64,000 nt of DNA, taken from contig OY759746.1 of the NCBI GenBank assembly GCA_963662795.1, positions 224,001 to 288,000 of the forward strand, in the 5' to 3' direction. The translations under genes were made by a program, and so were the position numbers. This document shows positions 8,175 through 18,490 of the stretch, one piece after another; the stretch's first letter is position 1; each line of letters starts with the position of its first letter. The DNA comes from Spirochaetia bacterium. GTDB taxonomy: Bacteria; Spirochaetota; Spirochaetia; CADAEX01. The notes under the pieces were generated by a model. That model was not told where the DNA came from. It worked only from the letters and a program-made list of their open reading frames with translations, and made no database searches.

Positions 8175-10814
8175 ATGTTGAAAAAAACAATCCGGGTATT
8201 GCGTTCCATTTACAGGGGGTTTAACAGAATATCCGGGGAGCTCTTGAAACGCAGAAGGAATAAACCTCCGCTGATCTCAAATATTCCCGGTATGGCTTAC
8301 AGGTGCAGGTTTGATCACGAGTGGACCATGGAATATGTTTCTGATAAATGCTTCGAACTGACAGGCTATCATAAAAATGAGCTTCTCAGAAACAAAGTAC
8401 TTTCATTCAATGATCTGATACTGCCGCAGTACAGGGAGCATCTGTGGAAAGTATGGGATGATGCAGTACGGAATCATAAACCAGTATATGAGGAATATAA
8501 AATCCTCACTGCTGATAATCAGGAAAAATGGGTATGGGAACAGGGTATTCCGGTTTACGATTTCAAAGGAAAACTTGAAGGACTTGAAGGGCTTATAATA
8601 GATATTACAGACCGGAGAAAAGCCGAATTCGGACGGGAATCAGCGTTCCTGAATCTTGAAAAGCGCATGAAGGCTCTTGAAAACCCGGTTGAGGATAGTG
8701 AAAATATAACATTTGAGACTTTATTCGACCTTGATAAAATTCAGAAACTGCAGGATGAATTTGCAGAGGCGACAGGAGTCGCTTCCATAATTACATGTCC
8801 CGATGGAACCCCGATTACAAAGCCCAGCAATTTCTGCAGACTTTGTGAAATAATAATCCGCGGCAATGAAAAGGGAGTTATGAACTGCCATATTTCTGAT
8901 GCAATGATAGGGCGCCAGCACCCTGAAGGCCCGATTGTTCAGAAGTGCCTGAGTGCCGGACTCTGGGATGCCGGAGCCAGCATAACAGTCGGAGAAAAAC
9001 ATATCGCTAACTGGCTCATCGGCGAGGTAAGGGACGAAAACCAGGATTCAGAGGGAATAAGGGAATATGCGCGGATTATTGGTGCGGATGAAGATGAGGC
9101 AGCAGATGCCTACAGTAAAACCTATTCGATGCCACTGGCAAAGTTTAAAAAAATCGCACAGGTACTCTTCACACTCGCAAACCAGATTTCTGATATAGCC
9201 TGGCAGAACTGGAATCAGGCAAAATTTATTTCAGACCTTAAAATCGCTGAGGACCAGCGGGAAAATGCACTTGAAACCCTGAAAAAAAGCGAAGCAAAAA
9301 ACAAAGCTCTTTTACAGGCTCTGCCGGATATGATGTTTTTATTTGACAGGGAAGGAGTGATTCTGGATTATCACGCTCCTGATGAAACACTTCTGATAGC
9401 ACCTCCTGAAATATTCCTCGGGCACAATATAGCTGAAGTTTCACCGGGGTTAATTACAGAATTGACCATGAACAGTATAGAAACTATTGCAGAAAAAAAA
9501 GAGACTGCATTATACAGTTACAAAATTGAAAGCGGAGGTGAACCATGGTTCTATGAAAGCAGAATGGTTGCCTGCGGAAAATATTTTCTTGCCATAGTCA
9601 GGGATATAACTGAGAGAAGAAAAATGGAACACCAGCAGGAAGCCTCACTTGCTGAAAAGGAAAAACTTCAGGCAATGCTGACTCAGTCTCAAAAAATGGA
9701 ATCAGTTGGAAGACTTGCCGGCGGAGTTGCGCATGACTTCAACAACATGTTAAGCGTCATATTGGGCCATTCAGAACTTATGCTAGAGCAGATTGATTCA
9801 AACCATATATTTTATATGAGCCTGAAGGAAATAAAGCAGGCCGCCGAAAGGTCTGCGGCCCTTACCCGCCAGCTTCTTGCCTTTGCCCGCAAACAAAGTA
9901 TAGCACCTAAAATTTTAAACCTTAATAAAACGGTAGAAGGGATGCTCAGTATGATGAAACGTCTTATAGGAGAAAACATCAGGCTTTCCTGGAAACCGGG
10001 TGAAAAACTCTGGAATGTCAAAGTCGATATTTCCCAGATTAATCAGATACTGGCAAATTTATGTGTCAACTCACGGGATGCAATAAACGGCAGCGGAGAG
10101 ATTACAATCGAAACATCGAATACTATACTGGACAGCGGTTTCACAGCTGCTCATCCCGGTTTTTCTGAGGGTGCCTATGTCAAGCTGGCAGTAAGTGACA
10201 ACGGATGCGGTATAAAGGCAAAAAACCTCGAAAACCTTTTTGAACCATTCTTTACGACAAAAGTCAGCGGCAAAGGTACCGGCCTGGGGCTTGCAACAGT
10301 ATACGGTATAGTTAAGCAGAATAACGGTTTTATTGATGTATCAAGCCAGCCGGGAACCGGAAGCACCTTTACAATTTTCCTGCCCCGTGTTTATGGAAAA
10401 AATACAGCACCGCAGGAAAATGAAACGCAAAAAGAGATAATAAAAGGAATTGAGACAATACTGCTTGTCGAGGATGAAACAGCAATACTGGAAATAACAG
10501 CAATAATGCTTAAAAATATGGGATACAATGTTATTTCCTCTTCAGTGCCGGAAGAGGCCCTCAGCCTTGCAGAAAAACATGCAGGTGAGATAAATCTGCT
10601 GATAACGGATGTTATTATGCCCGGTATAAACGGGCGCGATCTTTCGGAAAAAATCCTTGCTTTGTCCCCGGATATGAAATGTCTTTTCATTTCAGGGTAT
10701 ACTGCTGATGTTATTGCCAGCCAGGGAATTCTGAACGAAGGAATACAATTTATTCAAAAACCATTTTCAATGAATGATCTTTCAAATAAAATCAGGATAG
10801 TTCTTGAATCATAA
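8175..10814 (+). CDS. Hybrid sensor histidine kinase/response regulator (PAS-PocR-PAS-HisKA-HATPase-REC)
   Basis: PAS (NIPGMAYRC..WTMEYVS); PocR domain (LQDEFAEATGVAS..SNFCRLC..GLWDAGASI); H-box AHDFNN; G-box GKGTGLGLA; REC LLITDVIMP. Confidence 0.92.
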   Translation: MLKKTIRVLRSIYRGFNRISGELLKRRRNKPPLISNIPGMAYRCRFDHEWTMEYVSDKCFELTGYHKNELLRNKVLSFNDLILPQYREHLWKVWDDAVRNHKPVYEEYKILTADNQEKWVWEQGIPVYDFKGKLEGLEGLIIDITDRRKAEFGRESAFLNLEKRMKALENPVEDSENITFETLFDLDKIQKLQDEFAEATGVASIITCPDGTPITKPSNFCRLCEIIIRGNEKGVMNCHISDAMIGRQHPEGPIVQKCLSAGLWDAGASITVGEKHIANWLIGEVRDENQDSEGIREYARIIGADEDEAADAYSKTYSMPLAKFKKIAQVLFTLANQISDIAWQNWNQAKFISDLKIAEDQRENALETLKKSEAKNKALLQALPDMMFLFDREGVILDYHAPDETLLIAPPEIFLGHNIAEVSPGLITELTMNSIETIAEKKETALYSYKIESGGEPWFYESRMVACGKYFLAIVRDITERRKMEHQQEASLAEKEKLQAMLTQSQKMESVGRLAGGVAHDFNNMLSVILGHSELMLEQIDSNHIFYMSLKEIKQAAERSAALTRQLLAFARKQSIAPKILNLNKTVEGMLSMMKRLIGENIRLSWKPGEKLWNVKVDISQINQILANLCVNSRDAINGSGEITIETSNTILDSGFTAAHPGFSEGAYVKLAVSDNGCGIKAKNLENLFEPFFTTKVSGKGTGLGLATVYGIVKQNNGFIDVSSQPGTGSTFTIFLPRVYGKNTAPQENETQKEIIKGIETILLVEDETAILEITAIMLKNMGYNVISSSVPEEALSLAEKHAGEINLLITDVIMPGINGRDLSEKILALSPDMKCLFISGYTADVIASQGILNEGIQFIQKPFSMNDLSNKIRIVLES

Positions 10815-10826
10815 ACAGGATTAAAA

Positions 10827-11921
10827 ATGGAAAAAGAAAAAACAATTTACGTGATATACGGCAATAATCCCGCAGAGATGACAAAAAAAATACTTGCCGA
10901 AACCCGGATTGAAAATAAGATCAGGCCGGGATCACTTATAGGGCTCAAACCGAATCTCGTTGTTTCAAAACCTTCATCATCAGGTGCTACAACTTCACCG
11001 TTAATTGCAGGTGCGGTTATTGAATATCTCAAAGATAAGGGTTTCGATAATTTATTGATACTGGAAGGTTCCTGGGTAGGCGACAGCACGAAAAGGGCTT
11101 TCAGGACCTGCGGATATGAGGATGTCTCAAAAAAATATAATGTTCCGCTTTTTGACACAAAGGATGACAGTTTTACCGTAAAAACAAGCGGCGGCATGGA
11201 AATGGAAATCTGCGACAGGCTTTTTGATGTGGACTTTCTGATTAACATGCCGGTAATCAAGGGGCACTGCCAGACCCTCGTCACAGGTGCGCTGAAAAAT
11301 ATGAAAGGATGCATCACAGACAGGGAGAAAAGACACTTTCACTCTCTCGGGCTTCATGACCCGATAGCTTACTTAAATAAAATCAGGTGCGCTGATTTTG
11401 TAATCGCAGACGGCCTGTGCGGCGACCTTGATTTCGAGGAAGGGGGTAACCCCGTGCAGATGAACAGGATCGTATGCGGAACTGATTCTGTCCTTACTGA
11501 CGCCTACATTGCGTCCATTATGGGCTACAGGCCTGAAGATGTTGAGTACATAGCCACTGCCGCGGAAATTGGTGTCGGAAGCTGCAATCTTGATGAAGCG
11601 GATATAGTTGAGCTTAACAAGGACAGAACAATAGCATCCGCCGCTTCAACCGGAAAGGTCAGCAGGCTTGCAAAACACACAGTACAGAAGAATGCCTGTT
11701 CAGCATGCTACGCAAACCTCATACACGCCCTTGCAAGACTTGAAGAAGAGGGAGAGCTGTCAAAGCTAAAAGGGAAAATATCAATCGGGCAGGGCTTCAG
11801 ATGGGTAGAGTCAGACGGAACAGGCATAGGGTCGTGCACAAGCAGCTTTGAAAACTATCTCCCGGGCTGTCCCCCTGCCCCGCTCGATATCATTGATTTC
11901 CTGAAAGATCAGATAGATTGA
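10827..11921 (+). CDS. DUF362 domain protein with Cys-rich C-terminal extension
   Basis: LKPNLV, ILEGS, INMPVIKGH, ALKNMKG motifs; C-terminal CSAC...GSCT...PGCPP. Confidence 0.82.
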   Translation: MEKEKTIYVIYGNNPAEMTKKILAETRIENKIRPGSLIGLKPNLVVSKPSSSGATTSPLIAGAVIEYLKDKGFDNLLILEGSWVGDSTKRAFRTCGYEDVSKKYNVPLFDTKDDSFTVKTSGGMEMEICDRLFDVDFLINMPVIKGHCQTLVTGALKNMKGCITDREKRHFHSLGLHDPIAYLNKIRCADFVIADGLCGDLDFEEGGNPVQMNRIVCGTDSVLTDAYIASIMGYRPEDVEYIATAAEIGVGSCNLDEADIVELNKDRTIASAASTGKVSRLAKHTVQKNACSACYANLIHALARLEEEGELSKLKGKISIGQGFRWVESDGTGIGSCTSSFENYLPGCPPAPLDIIDFLKDQID

Positions 11922-12028
11922 GTTTTTAAATAAGCAAACTGCTTTTCATTCTATGATAATTGGATGACCTATTATTTATAATTGCTGCCGGATGTTCACC
12001 TGAAGTGTTAAAATATTCAGTTTGTTTA

Positions 12029-12067
12029 TTTACTTTTTTCCCCTGTTCAGCTACATTCAAAAACATG
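12029..12067 (+). promoter_or_regulatory. Promoter predicting a leaderless mRNA (TTTACT-17-TACATT-7-ATG)
   Basis: -35 at 12029-12034, -10 at 12052-12057, ATG at 12065, no SD. Confidence 0.5.
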
Positions 12068-13345
12068 AATATTATCATGAGCTCACCTGTAATTCTTAAA
12101 ATACTGATTTCCCTTACAGTTATACTGGCCGCAGACAGAATGATTAAAAACCTTGCCCTTTCCATGGCAATCGGCACTCTGGTACTCGCACTATGGTCCG
12201 GTCATGCTCCACTTTCTGTGCTGTCGATCACTATAGATACTATGCTTACTCCGGATTACATAATCCTTCTGATTATGCTTTTCCTCCTTATCTGGTTAAG
12301 CTCGCAAATGAAAGAAACGATGATGATGGACGACCTTGTAAAAGGGCTTCAGATGCGCCTTACAGGAAAAAGCCTTCTGGCTGTAGTGCCCGCGATCATA
12401 GGCCTTATTCCAATGCCGGGCGGGGCCCTTTTTTCCGCGCCTCTTGTCGATGACTGCGATACGGATAAATCAATGGATCCGTATCTTAAAACAAAGATCA
12501 ACTACTGGTTCAGACACATGTGGGAATACTGGCTTCCGTTATATGCAGGAGTAATTCTTGCACTTCAGATTACAGGACTCGAAATATGGCAGATGGCAAT
12601 TGTAAACTTCCCCCTGACAATTTTTTCCGCCGCGGGCGGGTATTTCTTTCTTCTCAGAAAAGTCAAAACTGAAAAAAGGATTCTTACCGGTTTAAAATCC
12701 CCTGTTTTAATATATCTGCTTCCCATAATTCTGATTGTTGTTCTATACACAATAATTGGATTTACCTTCCCTGTGCTTAAGGAAAAATCAAAATATCTTC
12801 CCATGGGGATAAGCATATTCCTTACAATGTTATATATACAGCTCTACAGGCCTCTTCCATCAAAAAAATGGGCAAAGATTATCTTTTCAAAAAGCATTCT
12901 GGACATGGTCGTGGTTGTCGCTGTAATAAGTATCTACGGCGCTTTTATCAGGGCGCAGCTGCCTGACGGCAGATTTCTTATGGATATAATGAGGGATGAA
13001 CTCACAGTATCAGGAATCAGCCCGGTGCTGCTGATTATTCTCCTTCCCTTTATAAGCGGATTCGCAACAGGCATTGCAGTAGGTTTTGTCGGGGCAAGTT
13101 TTCCGATTATCATAAGCATACTCGGACAGGACCCCCTGCTCAAAGACCTGCTTTCCGCGGTTGTCCTTGCCTACGCAAGCGGCCATATCGGGCAGCTTCT
13201 TTCACCTGTCCATGTCTGTAATATTGTCTCAAACAAATACTTTAAAACAGATCTTCTGAAATCAACGGCCCAGCTCATCCCTGTCTGCCTTTTTGTTTTT
13301 GCAGGCGCTGTATTCTCCATCAGCATGATTCATCTGGTATTGTAG
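12065..13345 (+). CDS. DUF401 family membrane protein (IT-superfamily-like permease)
   Basis: IGLIPMPGGALFSAPLV, NYWFRHMWEYWLPLY and LLSPVHVC motifs; ATG 12065 preferred over TTG 11960. Confidence 0.82.
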   Translation: MNIIMSSPVILKILISLTVILAADRMIKNLALSMAIGTLVLALWSGHAPLSVLSITIDTMLTPDYIILLIMLFLLIWLSSQMKETMMMDDLVKGLQMRLTGKSLLAVVPAIIGLIPMPGGALFSAPLVDDCDTDKSMDPYLKTKINYWFRHMWEYWLPLYAGVILALQITGLEIWQMAIVNFPLTIFSAAGGYFFLLRKVKTEKRILTGLKSPVLIYLLPIILIVVLYTIIGFTFPVLKEKSKYLPMGISIFLTMLYIQLYRPLPSKKWAKIIFSKSILDMVVVVAVISIYGAFIRAQLPDGRFLMDIMRDELTVSGISPVLLIILLPFISGFATGIAVGFVGASFPIIISILGQDPLLKDLLSAVVLAYASGHIGQLLSPVHVCNIVSNKYFKTDLLKSTAQLIPVCLFVFAGAVFSISMIHLVL

Positions 13346-13496
13346 ATACTATCAATTTTTGCCGTTGAATTAATGTAAAAATGCAGTTCAGGACTCTTTA
13401 TTAATGTTTTTTAATCAATTTTTAACCGACTGTTTACCCGTTTTTTATATAAATATAATATTCTTAATTATAGAAAAATGATGCAGGAGGCCGAAT

Positions 13497-13613
13497 ATGG
13501 AACTTTTTAGTACAATCGTAATTCTTGCAGTGGTATTTGTCTTTGTTCTTGCTTTTATTAATGATGTGCATGATGTTTCAACCGGTTCAAAACCATTGAA
13601 GAAACATAAGTAA
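13497..13613 (+). CDS. 38-aa single-TM small protein (below ORF-track cutoff)
   Basis: AGGAGG SD 6 nt before ATG; TATAAT at 13454; MELFSTIVILAVVFVFVLAFINDVHDVSTGSKPLKKHK. Confidence 0.6.
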   Translation: MELFSTIVILAVVFVFVLAFINDVHDVSTGSKPLKKHK

Positions 13614-13665
13614 GTGACTGTAACCTGATCAGCCCCCATCTCAGGGTTCAGGGGCGGGACATAAT

Positions 13666-15126
13666 TCAGCAGGAAGAACTGCCCGCAGTTGTATACCCTC
13701 CTTCAGGGTGCGGTGTAAATGCAAGATGATAGTTAAAACCTTTCGGGTCAATATGCATGCCGTGGCTTACAAGTAGGATTGTGCTCTCCCTGAAAGATGA
13801 GAGCTTTTCAATTATATTGATTACAGAGGCGGTATTTTCTTCATCAAGGCCCTGACAGGGTTCATCAAGTATTATCAGCTCAGGCATTTTCACAAGAGCC
13901 CTTATTATAAGAGTTTTTCTTTTTTCCCCAAACGATAGTTCATTAAAAGGAACATCTTTTTTACCTGTCATTCCCGAAACCTCAATAAGTGAGAGGGCCT
14001 CTTCAAGCTGAAGACCTGAGACATCCTTATAAAGCCCTATTGAATCGAAGAACCCGGAAAGCACGGTATCAAGCAGGCTTGAGCGGACCCTGTAGTTCAT
14101 CTGAAAATCGCCTGAGACAAGTCCGATCCTTTTTTTTATATCCCAGATTGTCTCGCCGCTTCCCTTTTTAATTCCGAACAGGGTTATGTCATTCATATAT
14201 GCTTTGGGATTATCCGCATTAACAAGGCTTATAAGTGTAGATTTTCCGCAGCCGTTGGGGCCGGTTATCTTCCACTTCTCTCCTTTCTGAACCTGCCAGT
14301 TTATATCTGTAAGTATTTTGACATTTTCGTATGAAAGATTAACATTTTTCATGCTGATAACGGGGGGGGTGTTCCCGTCAGAAGAGGCTGATGATGTACC
14401 ATGGGTAATAAATATCTCTGAAGCAGCCGTGCCCCATCCTTCAGAAATCCGGATATCCGGTCCGATACGCACTGATGATCCGATAGATTTAATCCTTCCG
14501 TTTTCAAGTTCAATCACCCGGTCTGTCCATTCAGGGATTTCAGACTTCCTCGGGGTTACGATGAATATCCTCTCTCCTGATTCGACAAGAGCCTTAAAAA
14601 GCTGATGCAGATTTTTTTGAGCTGATACATCAAGTCCATCAAACGGGTCATCAACAATAAGGATATCGGGTTTTGCCATTAAAGCCCTGCACAGCATGGT
14701 TTTTCTGAACTCTCCTGTAGAAAGATAACGGAGGCCCCTCTCAAGTATGTCTTGAAGATCAAACATGGATGTATATTTCCGGTAAAGGGTCTCATCTGAA
14801 GAATTGCAGTCCTTTAAGATAAAATCCTTTACCCGTGTTCCCGGATCAACGCCTCCCTGCATAAAACGGGAGTTATCCTTTTTCCGCTCTTCTGCCATAA
14901 TTTTCTGCTGAAGTTCGAATGAGGCATACCCTGTATTTCCATCAAGTACAACACGGCCTGCGCTTTCTTTAAGGGTCCCTCCCATAATCATTGCAAGGAG
15001 TGATTTGCCGCTGCCGTTGGAGCCGGTTATTGCCCAGCATTTCCCTTCAGAAAAATCAACTGAAATACTGTCAAGCAGAACTTTGCCGCCGGTTTTATAG
15101 GATATATTTTCAAGCTTTATCACCAT
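13666..15126 (-). CDS. ModF-like ABC ATP-binding protein (two ATPase domains)
   Basis: Two Walker A motifs (GSNGSGKS, GPNGCGKS); LSTGE/LSFGE signatures; GSGETIWDIKKRIG typical of ModF. Confidence 0.85.
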   Translation of the reverse strand: MVIKLENISYKTGGKVLLDSISVDFSEGKCWAITGSNGSGKSLLAMIMGGTLKESAGRVVLDGNTGYASFELQQKIMAEERKKDNSRFMQGGVDPGTRVKDFILKDCNSSDETLYRKYTSMFDLQDILERGLRYLSTGEFRKTMLCRALMAKPDILIVDDPFDGLDVSAQKNLHQLFKALVESGERIFIVTPRKSEIPEWTDRVIELENGRIKSIGSSVRIGPDIRISEGWGTAASEIFITHGTSSASSDGNTPPVISMKNVNLSYENVKILTDINWQVQKGEKWKITGPNGCGKSTLISLVNADNPKAYMNDITLFGIKKGSGETIWDIKKRIGLVSGDFQMNYRVRSSLLDTVLSGFFDSIGLYKDVSGLQLEEALSLIEVSGMTGKKDVPFNELSFGEKRKTLIIRALVKMPELIILDEPCQGLDEENTASVINIIEKLSSFRESTILLVSHGMHIDPKGFNYHLAFTPHPEGGYTTAGSSSC

Positions 15127-16054
15127 CTTTCTCCGAACCACTATTTTTCAAAGTATTTAAATCCCCAATTCCGGGGTTTCCGTCAAGAGCAGAGTTTCTG
15201 AATGCCCGGACAAAGGGGTTTGCCGCCCTTTTTTTCTGACTGCATAGTCCGACATGATAGGGTTCAAGAGGAGGTGAAAAATCAAGAATCCTTACTGAGT
15301 TTTTAAACGGGCTGTTGTCGACAACAAGCTGAGGAACAAGTCCTATTCCGCAGCCGAGGCTTACCATTGAAAGGATTGCCTCGTTACCTGATACCTGCGC
15401 ATATATATCCGGTTTGATACCGCTCAGCGCAAACCTTGAGTCAATCCTGTTCCTTGCAACTCCTTTTTCCGGGAGTATCAGCGGACATTTTTCAAAGCTG
15501 AGATTCTTCTCGTTTTTCCCGATAAATTTAGTATCAAAATCCGGCGCAATAAAAACAAGCGGTGTAACTGTAAGCGGTAAAAAATCAATGTTTTCAGGAA
15601 GCCTGTCAGGAAGGACAGCAATGGAAACATCAACTTCATTATCAAGAACCTTCTGCAGTGTAATGCCGGCATCTCCTGTCTGAAGCTTTATGTTTATTTC
15701 AGGGTAATCAATTCTGAACTTTTTTATTATCGGCAGCAGTATACTGTAACTTGCTGTTACCGTGCAGAAAAGGGATATCTCACCTTTCAGGGTTTTTTCG
15801 CTTATTACAGCGTTGTGCTGAAAATCATTCAGACTGTCAAGGATATCAGATGCATACTGTCTGAAAAGCTGACCTGCCGGGGTGAGTGCTACATACCTGT
15901 TGCTTCTTTCAAGCAGCCGGTATCCCAGTTCTTCTTCAAGCCTTTTAATGCTTCTTGTAAAAGCAGAGGGACTTAAGTTGCATTTTCTGCTGGACTTTCC
16001 AAAGTGAAGAGTTTCCGCAATGCTGAGAAAATGGCCAAGCTGGAGGATATCCAT
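15110..16054 (-). CDS. ilvY: LysR-family activator IlvY
   Basis: LHFGKSS..CNLSPSAFTRSIKRLEEELG; SLFCTVTASYSIL; IKLQTGDAG; IYAQVSGNEAILSMVSLGCG; divergent from ilvC as in E. coli. Confidence 0.88.
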   Translation of the reverse strand: MDILQLGHFLSIAETLHFGKSSRKCNLSPSAFTRSIKRLEEELGYRLLERSNRYVALTPAGQLFRQYASDILDSLNDFQHNAVISEKTLKGEISLFCTVTASYSILLPIIKKFRIDYPEINIKLQTGDAGITLQKVLDNEVDVSIAVLPDRLPENIDFLPLTVTPLVFIAPDFDTKFIGKNEKNLSFEKCPLILPEKGVARNRIDSRFALSGIKPDIYAQVSGNEAILSMVSLGCGIGLVPQLVVDNSPFKNSVRILDFSPPLEPYHVGLCSQKKRAANPFVRAFRNSALDGNPGIGDLNTLKNSGSEKDGDKA

Positions 16055-16103
16055 CAAAACTCCTTGTAATTCTTTTTATGATTCATAAATATGCCCTTTA
16101 TAG

Positions 16104-16170
16104 TTGCATAATTATCAATAATTTTATATAAATAAATCGTTTGACACAATATATTTTCATAGGTTATTGT
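16104..16170 (+). promoter_or_regulatory. Putative IlvY operator and ilvC promoter
   Basis: TTGCATAATTATCAA dyad (LysR T-N11-A) at 16104-16118; TTGACA at 16141. Confidence 0.5.
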
Positions 16171-16203
16171 GTCAATAGTTATGTTCAGGGAGGTATCCGG
16201 AAA

Positions 16204-17670
16204 ATGAACTATTTTAATTCGTTACCATTCAGATTAAAGATCGAAGAGCTTGGCCAATGCAGATTTATGGATAAATCAGAGTTTAACGGTGTTGAGAAGC
16301 TGAAAGGGAAAAAAATTGTTATTGTCGGCTGCGGAGCCCAGGGTTTAAACCAGGGACTCAATCTAAGGGACAGCGGACTTGATGTTTCATATGCTTTGAG
16401 AAAAAGTTCCATAGACGCCAAAAGACAGTCATGGAAAAACGCTTCAGAAAACAGCTTTAAGGTTGGGACTTATGAGGAGATGATTCCCGTCGCGGACCTT
16501 GTCTGCAATCTCACACCAGACAAGCAGCACACTTCAGTAATCGGGGCAATTATGCCGTTTATGAAGAAGAATTCCGCCCTTTCCTATTCACACGGTTTTA
16601 ACATTGTCGAAGAAGGGATGAAAATACGGGATGACATCACAGTTATAATGGTTGCGCCCAAGTCCCCGGGAACAGAACTCCGGGAAGAGTATAAAAGAGG
16701 GTTTGGAGTACCGACACTTATCGCGGTGCATAAATTGAATGATCCAAACGGCGACGGCCTTGAAATCGCAAAAGCCTATGCCGCAGGGACAGGCGGAGAC
16801 AGGGCGGGAGTGCTTCAGTCATCTTTTGTCGCTGAGGTAAAGTCAGACCTCATGGGAGAACAGACTATTCTCTGCGGCGTGCTCCAGACCGGTTCGCTCC
16901 TCTGTTTCGATAAAATGATTGAGAAAGGTGTTGATCCCTCCTACGCTGCAAAACTTGTACAGTACGGCTGGGAGACAATTACCGAGGCATTAAAGCACGG
17001 CGGAATTACAAACATGATGGACAGGCTTTCAAATCCGGCAAAAATAGCGGCCCATCAGATGTCTGAAGAACTTAAAAAGATAATGACGCCTCTTTTCAGA
17101 AAACATATGGACAATATTTTAGACGGTGATTTCTCGGCAACAATGATGAAGGACTGGGAAGCCGGCGATAAAGACCTGCTCAGATGGCGCGAAGAGACTA
17201 ACAAGAGCAAATTTGAAAACACTGAAGTTACATCAAAAGAGATAAGCGAACAGGAATATTTCGATAACGGCATACTGATGGCGGCATTTATCAAGGCCGG
17301 CGTTGAGCTTTCTTTCGATACAATGGTATCGGCAGGAATCAAGGCGGAATCAGCCTATTATGAATCACTCCACGAAGTTCCCCTTATCGCCAACACAATT
17401 GCAAGAAAAAAACTGTATGAGATGAATGTTGTAATTTCAGATACCGCTGAATACGGCAATTACCTTTTCTCAAACAGCGCAATCCCCCTCCTTGCGGGTT
17501 TCATGAAAAAGATTGACACTGATGTTATCGGGAAAGGTCTTGATCCTGATGATACAGGCGTTGACAACATTAAGCTTATTGAGGTCAATGAAGCGATCTG
17601 CTCAACAGGTGTTGAGAAGATAGGAAAAACACTGCGCGGTTACATGACTGCCATGAAAGCGCTGATATAA
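16204..17670 (+). CDS. ilvC: Ketol-acid reductoisomerase, long (class II) form
   Basis: MNYFNSL...[44 protein letters not shown]; about 488 aa; SD GGAGG. Confidence 0.97.
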   Translation: MNYFNSLPFRLKIEELGQCRFMDKSEFNGVEKLKGKKIVIVGCGAQGLNQGLNLRDSGLDVSYALRKSSIDAKRQSWKNASENSFKVGTYEEMIPVADLVCNLTPDKQHTSVIGAIMPFMKKNSALSYSHGFNIVEEGMKIRDDITVIMVAPKSPGTELREEYKRGFGVPTLIAVHKLNDPNGDGLEIAKAYAAGTGGDRAGVLQSSFVAEVKSDLMGEQTILCGVLQTGSLLCFDKMIEKGVDPSYAAKLVQYGWETITEALKHGGITNMMDRLSNPAKIAAHQMSEELKKIMTPLFRKHMDNILDGDFSATMMKDWEAGDKDLLRWREETNKSKFENTEVTSKEISEQEYFDNGILMAAFIKAGVELSFDTMVSAGIKAESAYYESLHEVPLIANTIARKKLYEMNVVISDTAEYGNYLFSNSAIPLLAGFMKKIDTDVIGKGLDPDDTGVDNIKLIEVNEAICSTGVEKIGKTLRGYMTAMKALI

Positions 17671-17685
17671 ATGTAAAATTCAAGG

Positions 17686-17724
17686 AAACTCCCCCTTCTT
17701 TTTTTAAAAAGACCGGGGAGTTTT
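17686..17724. terminator. Bidirectional terminator between convergent ilvC and the MBL hydrolase
   Basis: AAACTCCCC...GGGGAGTTT inverted repeat. Confidence 0.7.
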
Positions 17725-18484
17725 AATAAAATAAGTATGTATCCAGATCATTTGCAATTGTGATATTTTTATCCTGCTTAATTAATTCAAAATCCTTACT
17801 AATTATTAATTCCGGATAAAAATGGGAAATAAGTAAATTATCTGTTTTTACTCTTTTAGAATATTTAGTGACATCGGAAGCCGTCATATGCCCCGATGTA
17901 TTATGATAATTATTGCTGTGAGAGCATTCAATAACAGCTATTGTTGCACCGTTTCCAAGTAAAACAATATTTTCATTATAATTACTGTCTCCGCTGTAAA
18001 AAAATGATTTTCCGCTTTTATCGTTAATTCTGTAGCATATACTGCTTGAGGTGTGATAAGTAAACAGACACTGAACTGAGTGGTCTGCAATCTCAAAAAA
18101 AGTTTCTCCAACTTCATTGAGTACAATATTTTCAGGCGTAATCCATTTTTCATTCTTGAAAAAGCTTTTTATGGAATCATTAATGATATCACGAAGTCCA
18201 TAAGGTCCTGTCAGAAATAAAATATCATTATCAGGAACACCCCTGAGCCATCTTGAATGAATTACTGCAAAAAGATCAGAAATATGGTCAATATGAAAAT
18301 GCGTCAGAAAAATGTATTTAATCTGTGAAAAATCAACGTTCAGGTCTGATAGCTGCATTAATGTGCCTGGTCCGCAGTCAATAAGAATAAGGCAATTATC
18401 AGTTTCAAGCAGATATCCGGCACACTTTCTTCCCGGCACTGAAACTATAGTACCTGTACCGAGAATAGTTAATTTCTGTAACAT
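17723..18484 (-). CDS. MBL-fold metallohydrolase, RNase Z/phosphodiesterase-like
   Basis: ILGTG, DCGPG, THFHIDH, YSGDS, ECS, GHMT, SHFYP motifs. Confidence 0.85.
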   Translation of the reverse strand: MLQKLTILGTGTIVSVPGRKCAGYLLETDNCLILIDCGPGTLMQLSDLNVDFSQIKYIFLTHFHIDHISDLFAVIHSRWLRGVPDNDILFLTGPYGLRDIINDSIKSFFKNEKWITPENIVLNEVGETFFEIADHSVQCLFTYHTSSSICYRINDKSGKSFFYSGDSNYNENIVLLGNGATIAVIECSHSNNYHNTSGHMTASDVTKYSKRVKTDNLLISHFYPELIISKDFELIKQDKNITIANDLDTYLFY

Positions 18485-18490
18485 TTTAAA

